Assembly: GCA_977862235.1 (NCBI GenBank)
Contig: OZ374563.1
Location: 2,480,001 to 2,544,000, forward strand
DNA length: 64,000 nucleotides
Direction of reading: 5' to 3'
Source: Dudresnaya verticillata
Taxonomy: Eukaryota
Shown: positions 12,098 through 23,889 of the stretch, in pieces
Layout: the number at the start of each line of letters is the position of its first letter
Numbering within the stretch: position 1 is the first letter of the stretch
The notes under the pieces: model-generated
Seen by the model: the letters and a program-made list of their open reading frames with translations, nothing else
Databases searched by the model: none
Told to the model about the DNA's origin: nothing
Translations under genes and position numbers: made by a program

Positions 12098-15000
12098 CTA
12101 CACCTCCCCAGCTCCGGGCGGTGGCGTCTGGTCAAGCCGGCGCCAGTAGCGTAACACAAAGTTGTGAGGGATGCGCGCGGGGGGCTCCCAAGTATCATCA
12201 TTGGGGGCGTAACCATACCAGCGAACCTTATATTGGTAACCACTGTCGGTGACACGGTGCTTAACCAAATGGTCAACTGTATAGTAATCCGACTGGGGTT
12301 GGGTAGTAGGCGGTGGAGGAGCCGAAGGCGGATCCTGCGTTATCTCCGGGTCGGCTAGGGGAGTTCGGGGTCCACGATGAGGGTCAACCGAAATACGGTC
12401 TTGCGAAACGGTATTAAAAAGCCCGTATTGCTTAATCGTAACCGTATGGTTGGGATTAACGGCTGTAACCAAAAAGGGTCCGGTCGCTTTGGGCAAAAGT
12501 TTCCTAGAAAGGTTCTGCTCCTCGGCGGGGTCGACGAGGGAAGCCTGTCGTTCACCAACTTGGCGTTTCGTGAACTTAGGACGGTCCAGATAGACCCAAT
12601 CACCGATGGTAACCGAAAAAGGCCGTGCCACGGAGGTATCAAAGGCCGATTTATACCGTTGCTGGGCAGCCTTGAGGGTGACCCGAGCGGTTGCAATGGC
12701 CTGTTGAAGTTTCCGAATGGTTAAACGCTTGACAGAAGCAGCGGTGAGTTGAGAATCCAACTGATTAGTAAGACCCGTGGTGGGGGAACCTTGGAGAGGT
12801 ATAACCGAAGGTGGCCGGGACAGGACGAGATCAAAAGGTGAAGTACCCGTAGAGCGGTGAACCTGAATGTTATACGCATAGGTAAGCGGATGCACGTAAC
12901 TGTCCCAGTCACGCTGATGATCCGCGACATAATGACGTAACCGTTGGACAAGGGTCTTATTGAATCGTTCGACCTGACCGTTGGTCTGGGGGTGGTAAGC
13001 GGTTGTGAATAACTGACGTAACCCCAGGGTTTGGCAGATCGTGGCGAAGAACTTTGACACGAACTGTGGACCATTATCGGAAAGCACATATAACGGAACC
13101 CCGTAAGGGTAGACCCAGTGGTCCAGAAAAACTTGTGCAACCGTGCGGGCATTGGTATTCCGTAAAGGTATGGCGCGCGTAAGCTTAGAAAACCGATCGG
13201 TAATAATCAGGACGAAACGGTTGCCGTGCTCTGTTTTTGGGAAAGGTCCCGCGAGATCCATAGCAAGGAATTCCAGTGGGCCAGCGGCGGGAAATAACTT
13301 AAGGTAGTTCTGATGTTTCCGTAAAGTACCCCGATTTTGGACACACTTAGTACAGTCACCCACAACGGCATATGCGTCATTAGCCATATACGGCCAATAA
13401 AACTGTCGCCGGAGGGTGTAGTACATCCTTGAACCACCAGGGTGTCCAGAGAGGAGAGGATAGTGGGCCAAATATAGGATGCGGGGACGCAGGGACTTTG
13501 GCACTACTATCTGAAGTGCTCCATCGAGTGTCGCTTGGCGGATTAGAAAACCATTATGGTCCCACTGGAATTGGGAGCCAGCGATACCAACTTGGTTAGC
13601 CATCTTTTGGCAGTACTCATCCTTTGATTGTGCCTCGAGGAGTTCTTGCTTACTAACCTGACGGGGTAAACCCGTTTGGTTTGCCAAGTCACGGACGGTA
13701 GGTAAATTGAGCTGACGCGGGGTGCTATGTTCAACCGCGAGGGCAAAACAGGGGATGTCATCGTCTAATGGGGTTTGGTCGCTCCCTGGAGTCGAAAGCC
13801 GTGACATGGTGTCCGCCAAATGATGTTCCCTTCCAGGATTATAGGTGACTAGGAAGTCGAACTCCGAGAGTCTTAAACGCCAACGGGCTAGGCGACCCGA
13901 TGCATCCGAGAGGTTTAGCAACCACTGAAGTGGTTCGTGGTCGGTTCTAACCGTAAAGCGGTCACCTTCAAGGTAAGGTCGGAGTGTTAAAAGACTCCAT
14001 ACAACGGCGAGACATTCCCGTTCGGTAGCCGAATAATTACGCTCGGCGGAATTAAGAGTGCGACTCCAATAACCAATAGGCAGCTTATCCCCTTGTTCGG
14101 TTTCTTGAAGTAAACAACAGCCAACCTGAAGGTCGCACGCATCGGTATCTACGTAATAACGGAATCCCTTTCGAGGTAACGCCAATATGGGTGCCGTTAA
14201 AAGACGACGCCGGAGTTCGTCGAAGGCGTCGTATTCATCCTCTGCGAGTGACTCAAAAGTGAAGGGTTGATCCTTGCGGAGTTTCCTGGAGAGCGGAGAC
14301 GCAATGCGTGCACAATTAGGGACGAAGCGTCGATAGACGTACATACTCCAAGAAATGACCTTAACTCGGTTTGATCCGTGGGAGGTTTCGCCTGGCATAG
14401 TGCGGTAACGTTCTTGGAGGCGACTTCCAGCTTTCCTAGGCGTATGACATGGCCGAGGTAATCGACGGACACCTCGAAGAACTTACACTTAGATAACTTA
14501 GGAGAAACCCCTGCGGTTCTTAGTAGATCAAGCACAGTACCTAAATGGTGGAAGTGGTCATTAGTACTCCGAGAGTACACGATAACGTCGTCGAGGTAAA
14601 CCAAAGCGTATTGCCACTTGCATCGAGATAATATAATGTCGACTGCCCGGTGGAATGTGGCGGGCGCATTCTTGAGACCAAATGGCATCCTGATAAAACG
14701 GTATAACCCTTCGTGGCAGGTGAACGTCGTCTTATCGCGATTGTCGGGATCAACTTCAACTTGCCAATTGCCACTATTACAGTCGAGCGTCGTAAATACC
14801 TTAGCGTCTCCCAGCGAGTCGATACATTCGTCCATTCGAGGTAACGGATAGGAATCTCTCCGAGTAATACTATTAAGTCGGCGATAGTCGACGCAAAAAC
14901 GTAGAGACCCATCCGGTTTGGACACCAGGACTACGTGACTGGCCCATTCTGCCCCAGAGGGTTCAATAACGCCTTCGCGTAACATTCTTTGTACTTCCGC

Positions 15001-16059
15001 CTTTTCGGCTTCCCGAGCTTTAGGGCCAGCTCTATAAGGGTGTTGATAGATGGGTTTTCCCCCTTCCATCAACTCAATCCTGTGCTGAGTGGCCTTAATG
15101 GTGCCCAGTTGACCTGACCACATTTCTTGATACTCTTGAAGCATTTCCATGATTTGGGATCGAGTAGCACTGTCTTCGACACCTATATGGACAGTGTCTT
15201 CCCAACTGGGTTCCGCTTTTGACTTCTCCCCCTGGGTATCCGACTGGGGAGCTTCTTGTAGAGTTCCAATGCTCAAAACCTGATCCGGCCGTGGTAACGC
15301 ATGGCCTACTACTTGAGTCTTTTTCAAGCGAGCAGGGCGATCACCAAAATTGGTCATTAGCACAGGGAAAGCTTCCATCGGAAGAACGTCCCTGATCCCG
15401 TTTGCCATAATGGTTAACGACTTATGTAGGGACCGCGGGATATTTTGAACCAGGCATAATCCCGATGCGCTGGTTCTCACTGGCACGAATGAACGTGACC
15501 TAGGAGGTATGACCCAATCTTTGGCTATTCTCACGTTGGTAGAAACCGTCGGTTGTGTAGCATCGGGAACAGTAGCTCCTCCCATGGAAACACCAAGGAT
15601 AGGTACGGCTGGGGCATCCTTCAGGAGTAACCTTCGGGGTCCCGGCATGATAGCTGTGACATGTCGATCGATGAAGGCTGTACCAAGTGTAACTTCGGCA
15701 GGCATATTAGCAACAACCAGAAAATGGGTCTTCGTATAGAGATTACCGACACGGATATACAAGGGGATGACTCCTGGAGGTAATATTCGATTATTAGAAG
15801 CGTCAAAGATGCTACGCGTGGTTTCCTTATAGGGTTTGGCTCGCTTTTCCCAACCATTAGGTAACATTTTAACATGAACCAGATTGGGTCCGGCGCCAGA
15901 ATCAATCACGCCCCTTGCGGATATCATCTGAGATGACCAGACCTCTAACGATAGATCCACTTTGTAGTTTTGCTTCTTAAGTAAACATACTTCATCATAG
16001 TCATCACCCTCCAGGTTATCCACGATATCGGCTCGTAATACGGGTTCTGGAAGGCGCAT
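12098..16059 (-). pseudogene. pol: pol: aspartic protease, RT, RNase H, integrase, chromodomain; 1-nt frameshift near 14341
   Basis: PR IDSGAG; RT LRFCVDYRRLN, MPFGLKNAP, YLDD; RH DTDAC, NYSATERE, RTDH; INT HHCC, MDLAGPF, SDNGPQF, QTNGQVERFN; chromodomain YTVDHLVKHR..YKVRWYGYAPNDDTWEP. The expected FLG.CNVYRRF reads TGT A-C GTC, i.e. one base missing. Confidence 0.95.
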
Positions 16060-18088
16060 ATTTGAGGAGGGGGCATGCGTCGTTATGCCTCCTCCTCGCT
16101 GCCTTTGAGGGCTCCACTGAGGGTGATCCCGTGCGTCTAGCCTGGGTGGGGCCCGGATGGCCTGTTGAGGAGGAGGCCCCAGGGTTACCTTGTCGATTAC
16201 CTTGCATGGCTCGGGCCCGAGCTAAACCATAGAGGTTTTGCCGTCTGGAAGCAATTATGCCAGCGCGAACCGCGGGGGTTACCAATGGACATTCATGTGC
16301 CATATGGTCTGGGTTAGCACAGATCCAACACGCCCGTATCGGCGCACCATCTCGGGAACCCACTGTGGTTATTGAAGACGGGGGTGTCATAGACTGGTTG
16401 GATAAGTCTTCACCAAGTTGGAAAATCTCCTCTTCATGAATGTCTTCCATGCCCGGTAAACCCTCGGAGGTAGCTGTCGACGTACTCACGGAGTGAGACG
16501 GTGGTTTCTCGAAGCTAACCGCGGCGACGGGAATTAATCCCCTTTTACCTTTTAGGCTTGTCGTCCAACGTGTACTCCTGTGAGCTTCTCCAAGATCTTG
16601 TGCATATTGTGTAATCTGAGTGTAGGACAAACTCTTTGAGGATTCCAATCGGTTACGAACCGGTGCACGGATACTCGGGAGGAGCCCATCAACGAAGATC
16701 GCCTTGAGGCGGTGTTCAGTGAACACCGACCCGCAACGGCGAGCTCTGGCTCTTACTAACTCTGCGAAGTCCCGTTCCGTTTTTCCCTCTGCTTGTCGCA
16801 ACGAGATCACGTCGGCATAGGCTAGCGCAATAACCTCATCGGTGGCATAAGTTTCCAAAAGGTAATTAACCACTTCAGGGTATGTTGTTAATAGATCTCC
16901 CTCATCTTCAGAGTCTACGACCATACTGGTTCTTGTCTGTAGCCTCGCCTGAAGGTTATCCCTTGCGGTTCCTGCCATAAAATATTGTAGTAACCAAACG
17001 GCAGCTCCTTCATGGATATCATTGTGGTTACAGGCATCCTTGAACCTCGCTAGGAAACCCAAGATGTTAATCGGGTCTACACCCGAAAACCGAGAGGGTG
17101 GCATCTGAATAGCCATCCTCTTATAGTAGGTATTTACTTTCCGAGAGATTCTCGAAGAGTAAAGCCTTGAGCGGTTGTCTAATCGGTAACTTTGAAAGCT
17201 AACCACTCGGGTAAATAGGTCGTTAATGGGTTTAATCCTCCTGACCTTTGTAGGTTTAGACGACCGGCGACGGCGCCGTCGGTCATCTTCGGATGAATCA
17301 TCCGAACTTGAACCATCTGAGGTAACTGACGATGAGTCAGACTCAGATGAGTGATGTTTCTTCTTATTTTTCTTTCGTTTGTCCTTCTTCTTCTTCTTTT
17401 TAGAATTCTTGGACTTCGATCCTTGTCGGTTACTCTTACTACCTTCGGAGTCCGACAAAACCCCTTCGGGTTCCTTTTTTATATCACCAGTTTCGGTTGG
17501 TAGAACGATGCCAGGAGGGACGACATCATCCTCCTTATTTTACACTTTGGTTTTCCCTGTGGGTTTAGACTTTGGTCCAGTTGAAGGGTCCGCTGCTTGC
17601 CCATAGGCCTCGAGAGACTGAGCGACCAACGGGGGAACCATTTTGGTAAGCATCCCATAGATTGGACTACTGTCCGGCTGAGTGGTCCATGACTGGACTA
17701 ACTTGTCAGTAGCCGTGGCGGCAAACTCCGAGAGTGTCCTTGGACCTTGTTCCTCTAGAAAGTGTCCCACTAGTGGTTCGACCGTTTGAGGTAACCGAAG
17801 GGTCAACTCATCATGTAGCCAGTTGATCAGACGGGGCATCAGATCAGTATTGACCCAATGGTTACGGTTGGAATGTAGCGGGGGCTGCCTTGCGACTTCT
17901 TTCGAAGGACCGGCTAAGGGTTTACCTGTTACGGGATTGGTGGATGCTTGACCAGGCGGTTCCTCTTGTTCTACTCCAGGAGTTCTCGGAGGGTGGAGCA
18001 AAGACTCCGGGTCCTCAACTGGGGGGACCAATGGGGTCTGCTCCGCCTTCTGACCACGACGGGAACTACTTTGAGAGTGAGTTGACAT
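16016..18088 (-). pseudogene. gag: gag with CCHC zinc knuckle; in-frame TAA at 17540-17542
   Basis: CWICANPDHMAHEC knuckle; capsid-like FSGVDPINILGFLARFKDAC and LRQAEGKTERDF. ORF 17540..18088 is in frame with 16016..17458 across a single stop. Confidence 0.85.
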
Positions 18089-18186
18089 CTTGGAGTAACA
18101 GGGGCCTTGGTGGGTTGATTTTCTTCAGTATCCAATTGGGTTACGATATTCGTCGTCCTCTTAACGGGTCACCAACCTTGAAGTTC

Positions 18187-18201
18187 TAGGTCGGGAGACC
18201 A
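18187..18201 (-). other. Primer binding site TGGTCTCCCGACCT
   Basis: Starts 2 nt inside the 5' LTR boundary with TGG, complementary to a tRNA CCA end. It resembles the complement of a tRNA-Tyr 3' end (..GGGAGACCA), but the tRNA identity is tentative. Confidence 0.7.
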
Positions 18202-18203
18202 GA

Positions 18204-18722
18204 TGTAAGGAAGTGCCTTTTAGGTCTCTTGTGAACTCAAAGAGTGCACTCAATGAGAAAGCCACAGAGCGGGTACCTGGTAGCGGTGGTAGAGCGGGAG
18301 GAACCCAGAGGGTAGACGAGGGCACGTAACCTGACTGGAAGCGCGATACTGAAGGTAGTCCACTGGGCGGGCGGTTAACCGGGCACGGGTGACAAGTGTG
18401 CTGCGGTGCCGATAGCTTGGAGACGTAGTTGGGGCCGGAAGGTGCTTGCCTTTACTGTTCAGTGACCGCTACGGGAGATACCCTTATATGGTACTCCGAC
18501 TGTCAGGCAGCACCCCTCATACTGGGCTATATACACGCCCCCTATCCTAAGCTATAATTTCTAAAATAAATAGACAGATACTAAGCTACTGACCTGCAGG
18601 GTGACACTTGGACCAATCATAGGCTACCCATCTTGTCCCTGCTGGCGCCCTATAGGTAACGCTATTTTCGAGCATACACGCGGGCAGAGGGCCCACTTCT
18701 GTAAGCCCTTCACTGTATTACA
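18204..18722 (-). repeat. 5' LTR (519 bp)
   Basis: Direct repeat of 8874..9392, adjacent to the PBS. Confidence 0.97.
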
Positions 18723-19544
18723 CATAATTCTGATACAGGCGTTGCGAAGAGCGATATTCGCTGCTTTGCTGTATAATGGCGTGTATGGTAACACTCCCAC
18801 ACTCGTAAACTCACCACGAGATTTTTCATCTCTGCAAAATGTAATTATCGCTGCAATTACGTAGAAACTACAACTGAAGGCATCCTTCTGCTTTCCGCAA
18901 TTCAACCTACTCTTATGAGTAATCGAATTGTTTGCCGAGCGTCGCCATAACACTCCGGGATACCGTGATTTTAGGCAGTCCGCAATATACATCAGAAAAG
19001 CTAGCTCGGTTCCACGACGTGGAGAGGCGTTCAAACTGTCTCCCCAGCTTATAGCGCCTTTTCCAGATGTGTCCTTCGACCTTGGGGAATCGAGTTCTAT
19101 CTCAATGACCACAAGGCCCCAGTGTAGGTTCTGACAGACGGGAATAAATACAATACTTTCCTGGTGAGAGCTATGTTGTATCAGTTGCTCTAAACGGTCC
19201 ACGAATTGCGATGGTAAGTCGTAGGCATCATCGGAAGGACTGTACCTGGTGGCCTCATTGAAAAGCCGTTCACTGAAATGCATACTACACAAAGAAACGG
19301 CAGAATCCAAAACAACATTGCACATAGCCATTTCAAATGTACAGGTAGTCAAAAACGAGTGAGAGGCTGTCTTGTGGATCCACATGTGGTTTCGCCTATC
19401 GATAGGCTCGTTTCCAGCCATTGTATCGTAGTAGGATCGAAGCTTCGCGCGATCCTCATCTGTTGACAGCGCGCCAGCCTTCTGCAAATGGGCAAGGAAC
19501 TCATTGCGTCTTGTGTGCATCGACTGCCAGTTTCCTAAAGGCAT
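18723..19544 (-). pseudogene. Ulp1/SENP-like (peptidase C48) protease gene of the MULE, 5' part
   Basis: IVFIPVCQNLHWGLVVI (catalytic His), WGDSL (Asp), KQKDAFSCSFYVI (oxyanion Gln and catalytic Cys), in C48 order and spacing. Confidence 0.85.
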
Positions 19545-19843
19545 TGCTGAGAGGGGAAGGCGCAGGGCGCAGGGGTGTCGCGGCTGCGGAGCGATGGTAG
19601 GCGGGGGCGCGGGGGGCGCGGGTGGCGACGGTGGTGGGGGTGGGGTGGGGTGGGGTGGGGTGGGGGGGTGGGGGGTGATGGATCATCGCCGCGGGGGGTG
19701 ATGGATCATCGCCGCCGCCACAATGCGCGCGCTTTTTGAAACATTGCGTTACGTCACATTGCGTTACGTTTATGGGACAGCTGTCTTCCGTGAGTATACT
19801 TTTCACTGATTGGCTGGAACCAGCCAATCAGATTGGCTGGAAC

Positions 19844-19967
19844 CAGCCAATCAGAGGCATGAGTATATGTACCGTGGCCCGGTAAAACGGTGAGTATACT
19901 CACCGGCGATTGGGTGAGTACAAGTTGATTGACACCCGCCGCACCCCGGGTGCCACGGCCCTCAGCC
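19844..19967 (-). repeat. Right terminal inverted repeat of the MULE
   Basis: Reverse complement of 23..154. Contains the palindrome CGGTGAGTATACTCACCG (19888-19905). Confidence 0.9.
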
Positions 19968-22900
19968 CGATTGCACCACGAATATTATTATTGCAGTTGT
20001 CGTATTAGGCCTATATTGCAATGGCTCTATATCTCTAAGTACACTGTTGGGAATAATGTTAGGCATGTTTCATTGCTATGAGGTGGTATTCTCTTAAACT
20101 GACCACGCTGAGGAATCACTACTGTATAATGTGCGTAAGATTGAGCAGTTTGTGCTCGCTCCCCTGTATGATACTATTAAGACAAATAATAATCACTCAT
20201 CCGAAACTAAAACATAAACTCAAGCTATCGGTAATGAAAAGTAATAGAGACTGCGCACTTGTATGGAGAAGAAAAATACGAACCATAGAGGTGTTGCAGA
20301 GTATTTTTGAAAGTTAGCGCAGCTCGATTGCAGTGGAGTCCATATTCGGGACGCGTCTAAATGAAGCACACCAAAGAAACGGTTGAGTTTAGATTGTGTG
20401 GATATGTATGTATTGTTATAGAACGCAGGATTCGTGCGCGGCAGCAACTCAGAGCACCCCTGACACTTTTGAGAGGTTGAAATATAACGGGCATTCGAGA
20501 CGGACCAAACAGGACAAGTCAGCTCCTGGCTGTCGAAACCGAAAACGGGGGAGCGCTGCTGAAAGCAAGACAAGCTTGGTAGCTGCGAGTGGATACTCAG
20601 CATGGCGTGTGTGATGATGCTGTGCTTTCGCAATACATTTTGCGAATAAATGCTAAAGCCCCAGCGGGAGTTTACGACGCATTCCGTTTTGTGCCCGACT
20701 CGGAGGGAGAGCGAGAGAGAGAGAGAGAGAGGCAAGTCGGTGTGGTGGTAGTCTGTCGCTCATAGACATGTACCTATACATGCGTACACACAAGTTGTGC
20801 CGCTTAAATGCGGCAGCGCAGGATGGCGTGTTGCAAGCGACGGAAGGACGGGCCACCTCGGGCGGGTGTGGTGCGGACCGGGACAAGCCTGCTGGAGCAA
20901 TAATTGTTGCAACTTTTCTGTTGCATCGGTACAGTAGTAGTGTACCGTATTGAATGGCAATTTTGCCTTGACGTGTCATTAGCACATGGTGTAGACTCTG
21001 TCTACCCACCGACGATTCCCTTTCTTTTTTCCCTGCTCTGCTGCTGAGATGCAGGCTCTGAAGCGAAGCAGGAGGCATCTGCTTATAAGTAGCAAAGGTT
21101 GTAACATCCTGTCGCATCGCATGGCGCTTCTGTGGCGGACAAACGTGAGTATAATAGTGTCTACAGCAGTGTAATGTACATACGATAAGAAAACGGCGTC
21201 TGTTCTTGCTTTGAGAAATGTGGCACAACTGTCGCGGTTATTACTAATATTATTACATGCAGCTGTACCGCTGTGGCCACGCGGTACCGAAGCGCTTGTG
21301 GTTGTGTATTTGACCGAGATTAATTCGGTTAATACAGCAAGCATCCCTTTATTCTTAAAGCTGAGAAAGGCATTCTCTGCGGCTTGTCTGCGGCTTGCAT
21401 ACTCGCGTTAATAACGTTAATCTGTACCGGTTCGTTGTGCATGTGCCCAATACAGACATGCCGATTTATGGCAGCCTTTGTTCTCACGATATTCTCATAT
21501 GTTGACATGATTGTGGACATCGCGCCAGCCGAAAGCAGCCTTGCTGCGGTCAACAAACATGCATCAGGTTGCGGGTGTCACTACGAACCTCGAGGAGGGA
21601 GAGTGCTGTAATAAAGCCTTCCATCGAACCGCAGCAAGTCTGATTGGCCATATTGAGAACTGTCCTCACAAATCTGCAGCGCAGTCCGAATTATACTGTA
21701 CGCATCCAGACCGAAACGTACGAGCCCATATTGACAACTGTTCAACGAGCGAGCCCCCGCCTGACGTGTGTGGCAGTAGGCACCAAAGGAGGTCTTTAAT
21801 CAAACAAAGCCAAAGTCTATTTGGCACGTGTACTGCGGCAAACTTGCTGTATCACAAGAAGCCCTTCCATTACAAAAGAAAGCTAAAATAGACAGCGAGT
21901 GATACCACTTTTTTCTATTTCCGAGGTGCTTGAAATGCCCAGGATCTTTCTCATTTGTAAAATAATGGGAGCAGTACTGCCTCAACTGATTGCTTGCGAT
22001 GGTGCAGGGTTAATGGCAGTTGCTGTGTTGACGCATCGGATGGCCACGGTGCGAGCAGTTCTTCCATATGCCCCATATTACATACAGTATTACTGTACAT
22101 TCCTATAACAACCGGTGCGCAGCACAGGAAGGAATTGCATATCACGCCATCTTAATCTCCTTACCGCATGTTTTTTGCAGCGCCTAATAATAATGCGATT
22201 CAGGGCCAAGTTATCTGCCCCTATGAACCCCATCAACACCTCCTCAACACCGGGTCCAAGCACGTAGCAAAAAGCGGTTTAAAAGGGAATAACAGCATTA
22301 AACCCGCCGCGCCAGTAAGCGGACAACGGGCTCATTGTTGTGCCTTTTCATGTGGCTGCGAACACAGCTAGCTACTCAACTATTTTCGCCGCCATTCAAA
22401 AGTGGAAAAAAATAAACCGACTAGATAGACTCCGCCAATGTCAGCCTGATAAGGTCTTCAAGCATCCCTTATGTGCAAAAGTTGTGCTTGCTGCCCAACA
22501 ATAAACCAATCTACCGTTAACCGCATTATTCCATTTAAGAGATTAAGACATGATACTAACAAAGCTCAAATCCCGTCCATGTTACTCAGTTCACCCTACT
22601 ACGTGAATCGAATCTCAGCGCTAATGTATTACTTAATAAGCTATAGCTGGCTTGTTGAAGAAGATCTGTGATGCAGGCCACACAATGTAGACACTATAGT
22701 GAGACCTAGTCAAAAGCAAAGCTACGTCGGTTGGACGCCTTGGGTACGGCTTAACCGTTTTTATTCCTCAACTAACTTTCGAGGTGACCACTCGAGGTGA
22801 CCACTTTGCCTGCTCATGCCACTTGTCGCCTTCAACATGATCAACTACTGCAAAACTATCACCGCTCCGTAGATATAGGAGAGCACTTTTTACTTGAAAG

Positions 22901-23889
22901 AGTATCATGTCTGTTCTACCGCATAGTTCTATCCTTTCTCATTATGCACAGGGATTAAATTGTCCTTCAGCATTACCGCTACGCGTAATACCCATTGCGC
23001 AGTTGTTGCTGTCTACTTCTATAAATGCTCCGCTTTTACCTGTGCCTTCTATTTGCACCACATGGAGGGGCCTATCTCCGAGCAAAATCTTTGTGACGAA
23101 AAGCCTCCAGAATTCCAGAATCTCTATTCGAAGGAACACTGGATAGCAGGAATGTGGTTCCATATCGCCAGCATTCTTGAAGTGAGATCACGCTCGCGTA
23201 GGATTAATAGGTTTCAGAGCAGCGCTGTGCAATTATACACCCTGCAACCTATTTGAGCTTCGAGAACGTGTGACATACCATATTAGCAAAACCAGTGCGA
23301 AGAGTGCAGATATCTCAGCATCAATTTTAAGCTGCTTTGAAGGCAACAACAATATCGCAAAGCTGGGCCATGGAGCCTGGAAAGATCGAGGTCTGGACTG
23401 GACTTTGTTTGACTGCGGTACTTTGAGACTGCGGCGGGGTCACGTCATTGTCGGGAGAAAGATGCACAAATGCCTCCATACGAACATAAACACAGGCAAT
23501 ACCAAAGAGTGGAGGGCAACGGCACTTTTCATGGCTTTATTGCGAGGTCTCCATTGAATGGATACCGAAATGCCAAATGCCTGCTAACCAAAGCTGGATT
23601 CGCCTCTGCGCATAGATTGAGTTGCACATTTACTGATCTCGATATTAATTTGATTCCATACACTTTGTACTCAAGTGTATCAAGAGCCTATCCTTCAAAC
23701 CAAGGTCTCGTGCTTACGGGAATCATGGCTCGTAGGAGAAGCCCCTAAGCACACATACATTTGCTAGTTGATGCACTTTCAAGATCTGGTCCTACTTAAG
23801 CAGTTGCATGGCCTAGTACCAGCATTCCCCCGAGATCCTTTTCATTTCACTCCACCACCTTCTCCCAAGCTCCCGGTCAATTACACACT

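Larger units (their letters stand above)
8874..18722 (-). mobile_element. Full-length Ty3/gypsy chromovirus LTR retrotransposon nested in the MULE
   Basis: Two 519-bp TG...CA LTRs; 5-bp TSD CATAA (8869-8873, 18723-18727). Order gag-PR-RT-RH-INT-chromodomain on the minus strand. PBS and PPT present. Confidence 0.97.
23..19967 (-). mobile_element. Mutator-like element (MULE) with Ulp1 and cargo ORF; about 10.1 kb once the nested LTR retrotransposon is removed
   Basis: Ends are inverted repeats (left GGCCCTGGGCCGTGGCACCCAGGGTGCGGCGGGTGTCAATCAAC; right revcomp GGCTGAGGGCCGTGGCACCCGGGGTGCGGCGGGTGTCAATCAAC). Flanked by identical 9-mers CGATTGCAC at 14-22 and 19968-19976, the TSD length typical of MULEs. 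Internal MULE/SWIM transposase. Confidence 0.92.

Noticed and set aside
19671..19770. Short direct duplications (GGGGGTGATGGATCATCGCCGC x2; ACATTGCGTTACGT x2) as a possible CRISPR-like array
   Set aside because: Only two copies each with no spacers; simple tandem duplications in a eukaryotic TE.
20000..23850. AT-richer stretch with many short ORFs
   Set aside because: No recognisable motifs, termini or long frame; possibly decayed sequence but not assignable.
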